Origin: Psammoneis japonica
Lineage: Eukaryota
DNA: 64,000 bases
Assembly (NCBI GenBank): GCA_008632985.1
Contig: QPGO01000012.1
Location: 248,001-312,000 of the forward strand
Reading direction: 5' to 3'
Position numbers and translations under genes: made by a program. This document shows positions 1-11,710 of this stretch, piece by piece. Within the stretch, counting starts at the first letter, position 1; every line of letters begins with the position of its first letter. Under the pieces are notes generated by a model. The model did not search any database. It worked only from the letters and a program-made list of their open reading frames with translations, and was not told the DNA's origin.

Positions 1-1053
1 TGAATCAACCTGCTGGCTGAGGATGCGCTGGAAGAGGTCTCCCTGGATGAGGAACCACTCAAGGCTCGGCGGCACCTCCTCACATTTTCACTCACTGCTC
101 CCAGTTTTTGCCACCCACCTTTGGATTTCCAGGATGTTGAAGCTTGACGTCTTCCCCGCATTCTCGCGCACAAGCCACACAGACAACCACTGGCTCATCA
201 ATTGCATCAGTGCAATTGGCTGAAGTCCAACAGACCATGAATCAAGTGCAAGAGAAACATGACAAAGCCCTTGCTGAGATGCGTGAACAACATTCTCGGG
301 ACATTGAGGCACTGAACACTGCCTTCACTGCTCAGCACATGAATGATGTGATGGCCATGCAGGACCGCTGCTCCCAACAACTGTCTGGCATGCAGTCACA
401 GATGAATCAGATTGTCCAATTGTTGCAGGCAAGCCAACCCACACAGAGCATCATGCGGAAATGTCCTGACAACAATGAGACGCCAGAAAGGTCTGTTGAC
501 CATTGAGACAAAGAGAAGGATTTGTCGCACTTCTCAGTGTCGCAAGTTCTCATTTCAAGCTGCCTCAGAACCTCTGCATTGTTGTGAGCCCCAGTCTTCT
601 CCTTGGAGGAGCGCGGCCCAACCATGAACAGCAAGTCTTCCTCAGCTGCACCTTCGACTGCATGGCAACACACACATTAGATGGCAGACACCACACTCCT
701 TCAGCAGATCGTGGAATTGACTTCTCCTGTCTCAAGACAAATGGGCCGATTGGGCACGAATTGAGGTCCAAGCTGCCACACCACACTGGACTCTGCGCCT
801 TCAATGCCAATGGATGCAAGTTTGACAAGCGCGGCGGGGATCTTGATGTTTGCTGTCAGATTGCTGATGAAATCCAAGCGGACGTGGACAGAGTTTTGGA
901 AATGTGTTTGGATGCCACCCAGTTTGATGTGCTCTCAGTGTGCAGGTCTACGATTTCAAAGTCCCTCCTCCACAGGAGAGGCACCTTTTCTTGCAGTTCC
1001 ACACCCTTTTCTACCCAATGCAAACCGGGCGGCACTGCAATCACATCGTGCAA

Positions 1054-1443
1054 GACGCGTTCCAGGTCTAGGTGGGACCTCGCACTGCTGAACTGTGACA
1101 TCGACAGTTTTTTGAATCACGTCGTATGTCGCGCACGTAGATTTCTACGTGATTCTTTTGATATTTTGTGTCATTTTACGGTACACTTGTTGAGCGATCC
1201 GTCCAACAACTTTTGACATTTTTTGTTACAGCGCGATTCTATAATGTCTTAAGAATCGCGTAGGGCAGGTGCATTTGCAAAAACGTCGAGTGGTAAGAGG
1301 CATAATTGTACCACAAACTTGGCCGTTTATTTGATGTTGAAGATAAATATATCCATTAATTAAATTCTCGTACTACGGAGCTCGCACGTAGAATTCTACG
1401 GGCCCAATGTCACACGGAGTCCCACCTAGGGCTGGAACGCGTC
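1054..1443. mobile_element. MITE family A copy 1 (390 bp)
   Basis: TIRs GACGCGTTCCAGgtCTAGGTGGGA / TCCCACCTAGggCTGGAACGCGTC. 4-bp TSD GCAA (1050-1053, 1444-1447). Removing it restores the LINE reading TCG TGC AAT TCC. Confidence 0.93.
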
Positions 1444-1629
1444 GCAATTCCATCTCGGCCCGACTCCGTTCCCAGGAGTTTGATCCATCAGGTTGGTGGT
1501 CCATTCAAGTGTTTGACGGTCGCAATGGGTGTCAAGTTGTGTGTGTCTCATGCTGCAGAGTCTGCACTAAGAACCAATGACAACCAGGGAAGACTGCAGC
1601 CTGCGCTCAACAATTGCATTTGCTGCATC

Positions 1630-2025
1630 GACGCGTTCCAGACGTAGGTGGGAATCCGTGTGACATTGGGCCCGTAGAATTCTACGTGAGAGCTCCGTAG
1701 TAAAATTATACGGTAATTATAATGTCAATGTTCGCCAACAGAAAATGAGGCAATTTTGCGAACGCACAAACTCGCACATGATTGAAGTACATCGATTTTT
1801 ACTTAGCCAGTTACATTCTTCAGACATTGAAGAATGTAACTGGCGCATTATTGTTTCTATAAATGCGTCATGTAAAACGTCTGGGGCTTCGCAAAACAGC
1901 AAGTCTGGACAATTTTTTTTAAATATCACACGTAGAAATGTACGTGCGAAACATACGACGGATGATGAAAATTATTTGTGTCACACGTCAGCACTACGAG
2001 CTCCCACCTAGGGCTGGAACGCGTC
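1630..2025. mobile_element. MITE family A, second subfamily (396 bp)
   Basis: Same GACGCGTTCCAG termini and CGTAGAATTCTACG subterminal palindrome, different interior. 4-bp TSD CATC (1626-1629, 2026-2029). Confidence 0.92.
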
Positions 2026-4236
2026 CATCAACAGGGACGAAATTCCATCGATCAGCGCAAAGCTTTCTGTGCGGACCTGTCGTGTGTGCTTCAAGAGTTT
2101 CAAGTGGAGAACAACCGAGAAGTGGTCTTGTTCGGTGACTTCAACACGGACTTCTCTCTGGACACAGATTCCTTGGCTGCACTTGCCCAACGATTCAATC
2201 TGTCGGACGTGCTTTTTCAACTCCTTGGCGTTTCAGAATTTTCTGCACACACCAGAGGCTCAAAAAGGCTGGACCATGTCCTTGCATCTCCAGGAGCCTT
2301 GTTGGTGATTGCACCTCATGCCATGATCACAACATTCCGGCCTCAACAGCAATTGAAAGCCGCAGCAACGGCGCGCCAAAAGCAGCAACAAAGACGGCAA
2401 ATGTCACTTCACACGATGCAAGATGCTGGTTGAAGACAGTTCTTGGCCTGTCATCATCTTCTTGTTCCCACTCAGACGAGTTTCCCATTTGCGGCACTGG
2501 CCAGGGCAGCAAAAATTCACCCTTCTGTTGGAATCAGATTTGCAACAGCTTGTTTTGGTTGTTCAACAGTCAAGCTCATGGAGCCCTCTTTGAAACTCCT
2601 GATCGGACAGTCTCATTCTTGCGGATGTGCACCAGAGGGCATGTTGATGATGCTTCAAATCAAGTCAATGCCTTCTGTGCTGATCCCCAACCAGATGCAC
2701 TGGACCCAGTCCCTTGAGTGCAGGAAGACAATCAGTTGTGGTGCAACCTCCTGGATGCGGCAGGACATGAGCTTGAGCTTCCAAAGTGCTTGTTTCACAC
2801 CATCGAATGGCTTTTTGCTGCAGACGGCGAGCCACACCTTCGGGCGTACAATGATGAGACAGATGTCGAAATGCACTCCGCCGACAGATCCATCAAAAGA
2901 TCCAGCACACAACTTTCAGCATGCTCCTCCCACAACACTTTGGGCCATTGCAAATCTCCAGCAGGCACTCAAAAGACTCAGCACAAGGCACTAAAAATGA
3001 AAAGTGATGACATTTCTCTGTTTCTCCGGTCATGCCCATTTGACCGTCATGAGGCATGGACTCACCACTTTGCTTGCTGCCTGGCCTCCACTGCTTGTGT
3101 CCTTCTGAATGCCCACTTCCATCCAAGGGAATTGCTTGAGATTCAATGAAAGGCAATGTGAGCTGTTTTTGCAAAGTGCAGGTGGTGCAACCGAAACACC
3201 AAGCGGGATGTTCTGCATGGCCCGTGTGCTTTGGGAGGTGGTGGTTTCCGGTCTCTTGACGTGCAGCAGGGCATCGCTCAATGTTTGCAGTTCCTCTGAC
3301 ACTGGCAAGGCACTGGTCAACCTCACACCTTGTCCCACATTGCAGTTGCGTGGATGCAGTTCCAGCTTGGAACGGGGTCCAGTTTTCTGACAGACGTGCA
3401 CACTAAACTCCCACACTCTGAATCCAAATGGTTTGTGTCAATGAGATCCTTTCTTGCTCAAATTGACTCACACTTTGAATTGGATTTCACTGGCGCCCTT
3501 CCTGCACAATGAGAGAATGATCAGCACATCATGGATGCGGCACTTGCGTCAAAGCTTTTCTCTGACAAAGAGTTGCGGTGGGTGAGCTGCTGCAGGCTGT
3601 TCCTGCAAGTGCTCACTGTTTCTGACGTCACTCTTCCTGACGGCAAACATTGAATTCAAGTTGGAAGGGCAAACCTCCCTTGCGAGCAGCATGTCGTCAC
3701 TCAACCCAGTCGAACAGGCACGCCCGTCCCCTCGCACCTGGAAACAATGGAACCGAGCCATGGCTCTTCTGTGCAACGAAGGCACTTCCATCCTACGATC
3801 CCCTTTGGGTCAATGGACTGTTCCCACCTCCAAGATGCGCATGCTTCACCCTGCCCACTGTGAGCCCTCCAAAGAGTTTTTGCATGTCTGATCTGATGTG
3901 GGTTGTCAAGTGTGTTTCCAGTCAAGGATGCTTGTGCTGAAACTCCACAGCAGTTAGAAACGGTTCCAGATCTATCTCCGTTGGCATCACCTGTGATGGT
4001 GGGTGCAACTTTAGATGGCAGATGGCGGTCACGCTCCACCATGTCTCCAGTGACGACACCTCTGACAATTCCCGTCCACGGGGACTTCTGTGAATGGCTG
4101 CAGTCTTTCTCACCATGGGAGTCTGCCCTGTTCAATGACCTCACCATGCATGCATCGGTGTTCGAAATGGCAGATTCCCTTCGGCAATTCCGAGCAGAGG
4201 CAGGAAGTGATGGCTCCATGTTGCATTTTAATGGCA

Positions 4237-4624
4237 GACGCGTTCCAGCCCTAGGTGGGACTCCGTGTGACATTGGGCCCGTAGAATTCTACGTGCGAGC
4301 TCCGTAGTACGAGAATTTAATTAATGGATATATTTATCTTCAACATCAAATAAACGGCCAAGTTTGTGGTACAATTATGCCTCTTACCACTCGACGTTTT
4401 TGCAACTTCGCCTGCCCTACGCGATTCTTAAGACATTGTAGAATCGCGCTGTAACAAAAAATGTCAAAAGTTGTTGGACGGATCACTCAATAAGTGTACC
4501 GTAAAATGACACAAAATATCAAAAAAAACGTAGAAATCTACGTGCGCGACATACGACGAGACTCAAAAAACTGTCGATGTCACAGTTCAGTAGTGCGAGG
4601 TCCCACCTAGACCTGGAACGCGTC
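4237..4624. mobile_element. MITE family A copy 3 (388 bp), inverted near-identical copy of 1054-1443
   Basis: Reverse complement aligns end to end with copy 1. TSD GGCA (4233-4236, 4625-4628). Removal restores RNase H codons F-N-G-T-F-G-W. Confidence 0.93.
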
Positions 4625-7442
4625 GGCACCTTTGGCTGGACGCCAGCAGTCAATGGCGTGATTCTCGCAGATTGTGCTGGACCAGTCTTTGGATTCCGGT
4701 GGTCCTCGCATGGAGCTGAAGCATGTGGCTTCTTGTCAGTCTTGCGCTTTCTCATTCGTGCGCTGGAATTTTGCAGTTGTTGTCTTTCTCATGGCATGGA
4801 TGCCCGCTGTGACAATTCTTCTCTGGTGTGCAACGTTGCCAACTTTCATTCTCCCCCACCGCTCCCATTGGAAGCAGATGACTCTCAGCAACAACAAGAT
4901 TTTCATTTTAGGCACCACATCGCTGGCACGTTGGTGCCGGACTGGGACGTCATCCATGAGATCTTTGTTTCATTAAAAAGTTTGGAGGCCCAATTTAACA
5001 GACACTCTGCAAGCAACGTCATCAACATGAAGTGGATTAAAAGTCATCAGGATGACAATGCTCCACACGAGTCTCTCCCGTTTCCAGCAAAGTTGAAAGT
5101 CAGAGCTGACGAATTGGCAGGTTTGTTTCAGGGTCAGTGCACTGGTGATGCCTTGATGCCCCCCTGCATGCCCCACTGCTCTGCGTTGCCAAATGTCCAG
5201 GCGGCATCAGTGAATTCGAAGTTTAAATCCGTTCTTCGTTGTGAAGCGTCCAGCCCCACCTTGATGCAACATGTGAAGGAGAAATGTGGATGGTCAGACT
5301 CAGTGCACAAATCTGTTGATTGGAGAGTGCATTCCAAACTGATGTCTCGCAACATCCGACGAAAGGTGAGCACCATGAAATTGGTCCAAGACTTGCTGCC
5401 GATGAACAAGATTGTCCACAGACACAATCCTGCATGCCCCGACTGCTGCATGCATTGCCAACACCCCCTTGAAGACAGGGACCATATCCTGCATTGCGAT
5501 CATGATGAATCGTGGCGGTGCACGTTTCTCCAAGGTTTGCGGGGAAGAAATGCGATGACATGCACACTTCCCCGTCCATGCGAGACCTGTTGTTGTGTGC
5601 CTTGGAAGGTTGGTTTCATGAGGACTTGCTTTGTGCCAATCACGTTCACCACAGCATCGCAGATGTTTTTTGATCTCAAGACGAAATTGGCTGGTGTCAC
5701 ATCTTCAGCGGGCATTTTTCTTCTTTGTGGAATGAGGCACAAACATCACACTTGTTGTCCTCTGGCTTGTGTTGTTCTTTGTCCAACAAAGACAAAAGAT
5801 TAGACTGGGCGGCAATGATTGGCAGTCATGTGTGGTCACAATGGCGGGAACTGTGGGACACCCACAACAATGCAGCACATGGACACGATTCCGAAACGAG
5901 AAAGTCTTTGCAACGCCGGGATGCAGAGGCGGAGGTTAAAGAAATTTGCTCAAGGGCAGACGAGCACTTGGCCCATGACCAAGCACAGTTGTTTGATTTG
6001 GCAGATGAACATCTCACCCATTCTGCCCACAGACTCCGAAACTGGCTGGCCATGGCAAAGCCAATGTTTGAGTCGAGCATCCAAGATGCCCGGCATCTGG
6101 CCGTTCGAGGCACGCGCACCATTGCAAGCTGCTTTGGCATGGCATCACCCAAGGGTGATGCTGATCTTGGCCAATTGTTGTGTGCTCCTGTTGCACCTGG
6201 TGTGCTGGGAGTGTGGGTCAGCTTGTTGCCGGAGTTGCAGGGTGGAAGTGCAGCAGCACTTGAAACCAGATTTTGGGTTTTGTTTTGTTTTTGCAGCATC
6301 AAGTGGTCTGCCTTCCAGCCACCATTGGCTTCTCATCTGCGAGCAATTTGAGCTCAAAGTGCTGCAGGTTGGCAATGTGCACAACACAAGGGGTGCTGTG
6401 AAAGATGAAAACCAGCTGGCTTTGGTGCAAAAAGTCTGCTCTGCATTTGAAGTGTGATCACCAGCTTGGGTTTGGTTGCCTCATCTGGAATTTTGGTGCT
6501 GCTGGAACAAGTGATCCAACCAACAAAAGAGCTGACTCCCGCTGTTGAAGGACAAAGAACATGTGTGACCACACTTGGGCTGAACAGCTTGCAAATGCTG
6601 GCTGCAACATCTGCTGTCTGACTCTGTGCTGTGATTTCCATTTTTTCTGCTGACTGTTTTTTTGGCCAATTGAACACGCATCATTTTTTAGACAGTGCTG
6701 ATTTTCTGTGTGTTGTGCAACATGTGCACCCCCCCCCCCCCACAACCATCCTTGAAGAGACTTGGTTTGCTTTTCAACAAGCACACCTCATGCTCAATTG
6801 AGGCTCAGTCTGATTGGTGTGTGCTCAACTTCAGTGTGCTTGGCATTTTTTTGACAATTTGAGTGTGTTTCAGCATGCCCAAGAGCAGAGAATTTTGCTC
6901 ATCTTTTCTGAGACTGTGTCATTGTCCAACAGAGCACTCCACCTCCTCACCCAAATGACCCCTCACTGACAAGTGTCATTTAGAGCAGCAGCACCAGGCA
7001 AACCCTGCACACTGTTTTGCTTTGCACCTCAGCTTGCAGTCAACAAGGCTCTCCAGATTTAAAACTCCAAATTGGTCCTTGTGACTGCTGCAGTGCTCAC
7101 ACACACTTTGTCTGGGTGTGGCATTTGCTCATTTGGTTTGGACAAATTTTCTCATCTTGTGGTGCCACATGCAACTGACCAAGCATTTGCTGTGGTTTCT
7201 CCTCAAAGCAACAACTGCTGCAACAAATCCCTCATCAGCTGGCATCAACAAGAATTTTTTTGTGAAAACTCTGAAATGTGAGCTCTCATTGGCAACTGCA
7301 TGTGACCCTCCACTCCAGCTGCCATCAGTGTGTGCTCCAGCAATGGTGCTGCTGCTGCTGCTGTGCCTGTTGCTTCTGAGTGTGTGGTCTGTCCAGCCCA
7401 GTCAAACACACATCTGTGCCCCTCTGAGTGCAAGAACCCTGC

Positions 7443-7964
7443 CTGCTGAATCGAAAAATTTGCCACATTGCAAAATTTGTGACAAATTCCGAATCCCCGC
7501 ACAATCATCGTGCGGCGAGTCGAGAAACAACCTTGTCACCCTCCAATCATCTTGCGACGCAGCCAACATCTCTGGTGCAATCAAGGTGCAGCATTCTTTC
7601 GCTCAATTAAGAAAAGATGTGATGCACAAGAATGACAAGAAATCCTCATTTTCAAAGGAAATTGCCTTCTCGTGACAGCAACTCATGCCGACGCATCACA
7701 AGATTTCAACAAAAAATGACCTTTTTGGATGATTGCACCACCTTTCCTCACAAACAAAACGTCGCGCAGCAGCTCTTCACAATGACAACAATCTGATTGG
7801 TTTGTCATTTCATGTCACTTGCAGACCTTCGGTTGTCGAAACAGTGCATTGCTCATTTGAACGAAAAATGAACACTCAGACTCGCACGTGCTTTCATCAT
7901 GAAAAAATTTGAGCCATTTGTTTTTCAAATTAATTTGCGATTCGCAAATTTTGCGTTTCAGCAG
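7443..7964. mobile_element. MITE family B copy 1 (~520 bp, decayed)
   Basis: Imperfect TIRs CTGCTGAAtcgaAAAATTT / AAATTTTgcgtTTCAGCAG. TSD CTGC. Inverted homolog at 30326-30864. Confidence 0.8.
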
Positions 7965-9302
7965 CTGCCGGCAATGAGCCTGAAAAGACGTGCCAAATGT
8001 TGCAATGCTTGGCTTGCTCCCCACAAACAAAGGCAGCTTTCTTTGCTGCCTTGTCTCTGTGACCTGTTGTTTGAGTTCTGGTGCATTTCAAAAATCCAAG
8101 TTGGGTCAGGCACAACCTTCCTGGAGACTGCTGAGCAAATCTCCAGTGCAAGATCTCTTGCCATCTTTGGCTGGCACTCATGTTGTTTTGCAATCTCTTT
8201 TCCTGTTTGCCTGGTGTGTCATCTGTTGGCACTCTGTCAGCTGTGGCAGACCAAAAGTTGTGAAAATGAAGATGAAGGAATCAACCACACACAATTTGAG
8301 ACATGTCAAGCTCAAAACATTGTGCAAATTTGACTTTGCAAGTGCAGATGAACCCCAAGCTGTTGGAGTCACAGACAAAACTCTTTCTGTGCTTGGTGTT
8401 TTTGGGTTTTTCTCTCCATCTCTGTGTTTGATCATGCTCTGAGTTCTTTTGACCACTGTTTGAATCCCAGATTGTGCCGGTGGCAAGAAGAGACACACAG
8501 AAAGGAGGGGGGGTTAAGTCTGGCAGCTGCTGATGTTTCATGGAAGGTTGGCACTTCTGGCATCCCCATTTGGCCTTCACCCATGGCAACCTTTGGAGAA
8601 CCACCTGCTTTGCTGTGGAATCAGCGTGGATTGTCAACCACTGTTTGGGGTGTGTGGGGTGCATGCCTGGCCCAAGCCACAACCAGGAGCAATGTGCAAG
8701 TTCTAAAGTCCAAAATGTGATTCAGCGGGGGGGGGGGGGAGCTCATGACAAATTGCCAGTGGCTCAGATTCAATGCACATTCCTTGTGGTGGCATGTGGT
8801 GCCTTGCGGCATTGTGTGTTGTTGTGTGATGTCATGTGGTGCGGACTGTTGATGCCGATGAGTGCATTCTGCCAGCATGGGCGGAACATTGTCATGGGCA
8901 CCATTGTCCAGTGTTCACAGCCACGCTTGTCGCACCGATTGGCAACCACAGGCTCTCTCTACTCCAGCTGCCGGTGGCAAGTGAATGTCTCAAAGAGAGT
9001 GCCCCCGTTGTGCCCCCAACTCAGGTCAATCTCGATTCAGGTGACATGAGGGGTGAGACGTTCTTTGATGGTACAAAGCGGTGGCCGGGCTTTCGATTAT
9101 CTTTGCATGGTATGGAGTGAAGTTACGGTAAACCTGGAGGCCCTTGACAAAACGGCAAGACCAAAATCTTAGTGTGCCCCGTTGACGAAGTACGTTCGAC
9201 CCGACTCATCCTATGTTGTCTTTGGAAGGGACTCAAATCCAAGCATCAGTCACTGGAAACCCACGTTACGAGTGTTTTTTCTCCTAGCATGCAACACTAT
9301 AA

Positions 9303-9871
9303 TTACGAAAAGATATTCTTAACGCGTTCTGCATCTCTCTTTTTCTTTTCTTGTTTGCGCAACCTCTCTTCCGCTTCACGTGCCTTGGCTTCTTCCTTCT
9401 TTTGTGCAATTCTGGCCTTTCTCGCATCTTCGGCCTTTCTCGCGGCCGCCGCCTGCTTGTCGTTTTCATTCGCACCGGGGTCCGTCAAGTCGTCAGATCC
9501 TCGGGTACGGATCTGGCTTCAGTTTGTTCACCAAATCCATAACTGCTTGATGAATACGAAGGCAAGGACAAATCCATCTTTTGGTACGTGGGTTCCTCCT
9601 TGGTGGGCAAGACTGCCATGTGCACGGTGGACGTGGCGAGAGGAAGACTAGTAACAGTGGTTGTCTCTTGAGGAGGCATTGCAGCAGTGGCCACGTTTGT
9701 GGCAAGAGTCCACCCGAGTGCCGCCGTTGCTACTGGAGCCCATGAAAAACTCTCTACCTTGCTGCTGGCTTCGAGTGACGTTGACGATGCGGATTTTGCT
9801 CCTTGTGGTGGGCAGAATGCGTTGGCGCATCCAAGAGCCAAAATAACGATTGCTGCAGTCTGAACCTTCAT
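9303..9871 (-). CDS. Plastid (probably thylakoid lumen) targeted hypothetical protein, one apparent frameshift near 9503
   Basis: MKVQTAAIVILALGCANA-F signal with ASAF-like cleavage, Ser-rich transit peptide, second hydrophobic stretch ending ATA. Adding one C to the CCC run joins it to GSDDLTDPGANE and a charged helical C-terminus. Confidence 0.7.
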
Positions 9872-10295
9872 GATCAACAAAAAATACAGTTACATGAAGA
9901 TGTGCGGACTTATTGGCGTCGGATTTCGGAAATCTGAGTCTACCAACACGTGTGATGACACTAACACGACGGCGACCGACTCATCATCGCGGGGTTTCTC
10001 CTCCCTTGCTACTTGCTATCATTGAACACGTACATACCACGATCCTACGTAAGTTCTACGCGGCTTCGATTTGAATATCCGGGTTTTCTTAGCCCCGCTG
10101 ATGTTTCACGTCATTCTCCATTCTCGGTTCTGCTCCTTCGTACAGAGTATCAAATACAGAATACACTACAGAAATGTAATGCAAATCTAACTCCCCAACC
10201 TACTTCTCTCGAGTTACAGTAATTATAGAGAGTGGCACAACAGAGTAACGCTAATCAAACTCCCCACCTACAAAACTGAAAGTACATTTTGATTT

Positions 10296-11264
10296 TTAAC
10301 ACTTCCATCGATTCCCACAATTCATACACAAGACAAAGACAGTCATGGGTTCATCCGCACTTCTCGTTTGCTTTTGGCGTGCTGGTCGTTTTGATGCTCT
10401 TACACCGTCCACACGTGAAAAGACTGGCTTGCAACAAATCCCCCTTGATACCGCACATGTCATTGATTTTCGTTTCATTGGCTTGTTCCCAATCCAACCG
10501 TCTCGAATCTGAGCCCTGGCGACGAGATTGGCTCGCTGTTGTGACTTTTCCGCCGTGGCCAAGTCCTCCGACGACATGTTGACCAAGTCTGTGGCCGACG
10601 TGCTTCCCATGAGAATCGATTGTCGGAGGGCGGCGTTCTTTTTCACATTAAAGCAGAGTGAACGTGCCTTGCTCGTGTAGGCAGATCGCTCTTTACCGCA
10701 CTGCTTGTCAATGGCGGCTTCTACTTCCGATGCTCGGGAGGAGCATAATTGTGATATAGCCGATTCGTTAAAGCCGTCCTTGATCATTTCCTTCTTGGAT
10801 ATACCCAAGACTTGATAGAGTTTACTACATATATTCTTACGAAGAGGTGGTAAGCCTGCCCATTCGTCCTCCACATTGGCTGGAAGAGACGATCCTGCCG
10901 ATGCAGTGCTATCCGCCCGCTCCAACCCACCGCCTCGTCCACTCGATGCGGACGAGATGGATCGGTTGCTACTTTCGGATACAGCTTTGGGTTTTCCAAT
11001 TATCCCCGCCTCTTTTGCCAACTTTTTCCACTTCTTGACGAGGCCCTTGGCAATCGGTCCGAGCTCACTGTGTGCTTTGAATTTGGAAACCACGGTACCA
11101 ATCAGGGTAGATGATAAAATTTCCATCGTCACGTCGCATTCGTCCAAGCGATTCAACATGTCTCGGCATCTCTCCAAGGATTCTGACGATAAATTATTAT
11201 CGTCGATGGGAAGCTCCTTGGCGAGAGATGTCTTGATTTCTTGGACCGTAGCGAGAGTAGACAT
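10296..11264 (-). CDS. TFIIS: Transcription elongation factor S-II
   Basis: N-terminal LW-type domain (TLIGTVVSK...LVKKWK), central domain (YTSKARSLCFNVKKN) and Zn ribbon QTRSADEPMTVFVLCMNCGNRWKC. The segment DSRRLDWEQANE...LFTCGRCKS lies in another frame between two compensating indels (~10512, ~10377). Confidence 0.93.
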   Translation of the reverse strand: MSTLATVQEIKTSLAKELPIDDNNLSSESLERCRDMLNRLDECDVTMEILSSTLIGTVVSKFKAHSELGPIAKGLVKKWKKLAKEAGIIGKPKAVSESSNRSISSASSGRGGGLERADSTASAGSSLPANVEDEWAGLPPLRKNICSKLYQVLGISKKEMIKDGFNESAISQLCSSRASEVEAAIDKQCGKERSAYTSKARSLCFNVKKNAALRQSILMGSTSATDLVNMSSEDLATAEKSQQRANLVARAQIRDGWIGNKPMKRKSMTCAVSRGICCKPVFSRVDGVRASKRPARQKQTRSADEPMTVFVLCMNCGNRWKC

Positions 11265-11710
11265 TTTAGTGGCAGAGAGCTCCAATGTTGGCATGAGAGT
11301 GAGAGAACCGCAGCAAATAATGTAGATTTTACGTAGTTCCTGGTATGTTTCCACTGAAGCGACAGATAAATCGTTCCTGTTTTTGCTCAATTTCAATCTC
11401 TCAAGGTCTCAACAATCAGACTTCACAATATCCAACCGTGCGTGCAGTGACGATGTATAGTAATCCTGAGTGATCGTTGCTACTCCAACTCAACAAAGAA
11501 TAACAAAGCAAGCTCGCTGTTGTTTTGTGTCGTGTCGTTGCCCCAGAACCCCGACCCCGAATATATAACCGGACCGAAAAGTGATTTTCAGCAAGTTCCG
11601 TTTCCCTACATAAACCTAACGATTTGACGGAATCTCGTTTTACAACCATTTTTCTGCGCCGCAAAAAATCAAAAAAAGATCCAACAACGAACACACTAAC
11701 CTCATCCACC
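11265..11710. promoter_or_regulatory. Probable bidirectional promoter between TFIIS and the LarA-like gene
   Basis: ~445 bp between divergent start codons. Inferred from gene arrangement only. Confidence 0.4.

Larger units (their letters stand above)
1..6150 (+). mobile_element. Degenerate non-LTR retrotransposon (ORF1 remnant plus APE endonuclease-RT-RNase H-Zn finger ORF2; Ambal-like diatom LINE), interrupted by three MITEs
   Basis: Coiled-coil ORF1 remnant 144-506. APE motifs PGGT (~1025), LFGDFN (~2130), HTRGSKRLDHVLAS (~2250). RT motifs CHDHNIP (from CYDRIIP, ~2320), GTGQGSKNSP (~2495), GHVDD (~2640). RNase H motifs GSDGS (~4205), SSHGAEACG, WIKSHQDD, VRADELA. C-terminal CMHC...EDRDHILHC. 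Many stops and frameshifts, and a large deletion joins APE to mid-RT at ~2310. Confidence 0.88.

Noticed and set aside
6729..8739. Poly-C (~6730) and poly-G (~8730) runs as terminal inverted repeats
   Set aside because: No flanking complementarity or TSD; simple homopolymers.
6150..9060. Many overlapping 60-200 aa Cys/His-rich ORFs in the decayed tracts
   Set aside because: Loss of TA removes TAA/TAG stops and Tyr codons, which inflates ORF length in all six frames. No coding signal or known motif.
1..9060. Classical RIP or CpG methylation decay as the sole cause of the TG/CA excess
   Set aside because: RIP at CpA would raise TA. CpG decay probably contributes in older tracts but cannot remove TA, and the LINE keeps many CpGs while lacking TA.
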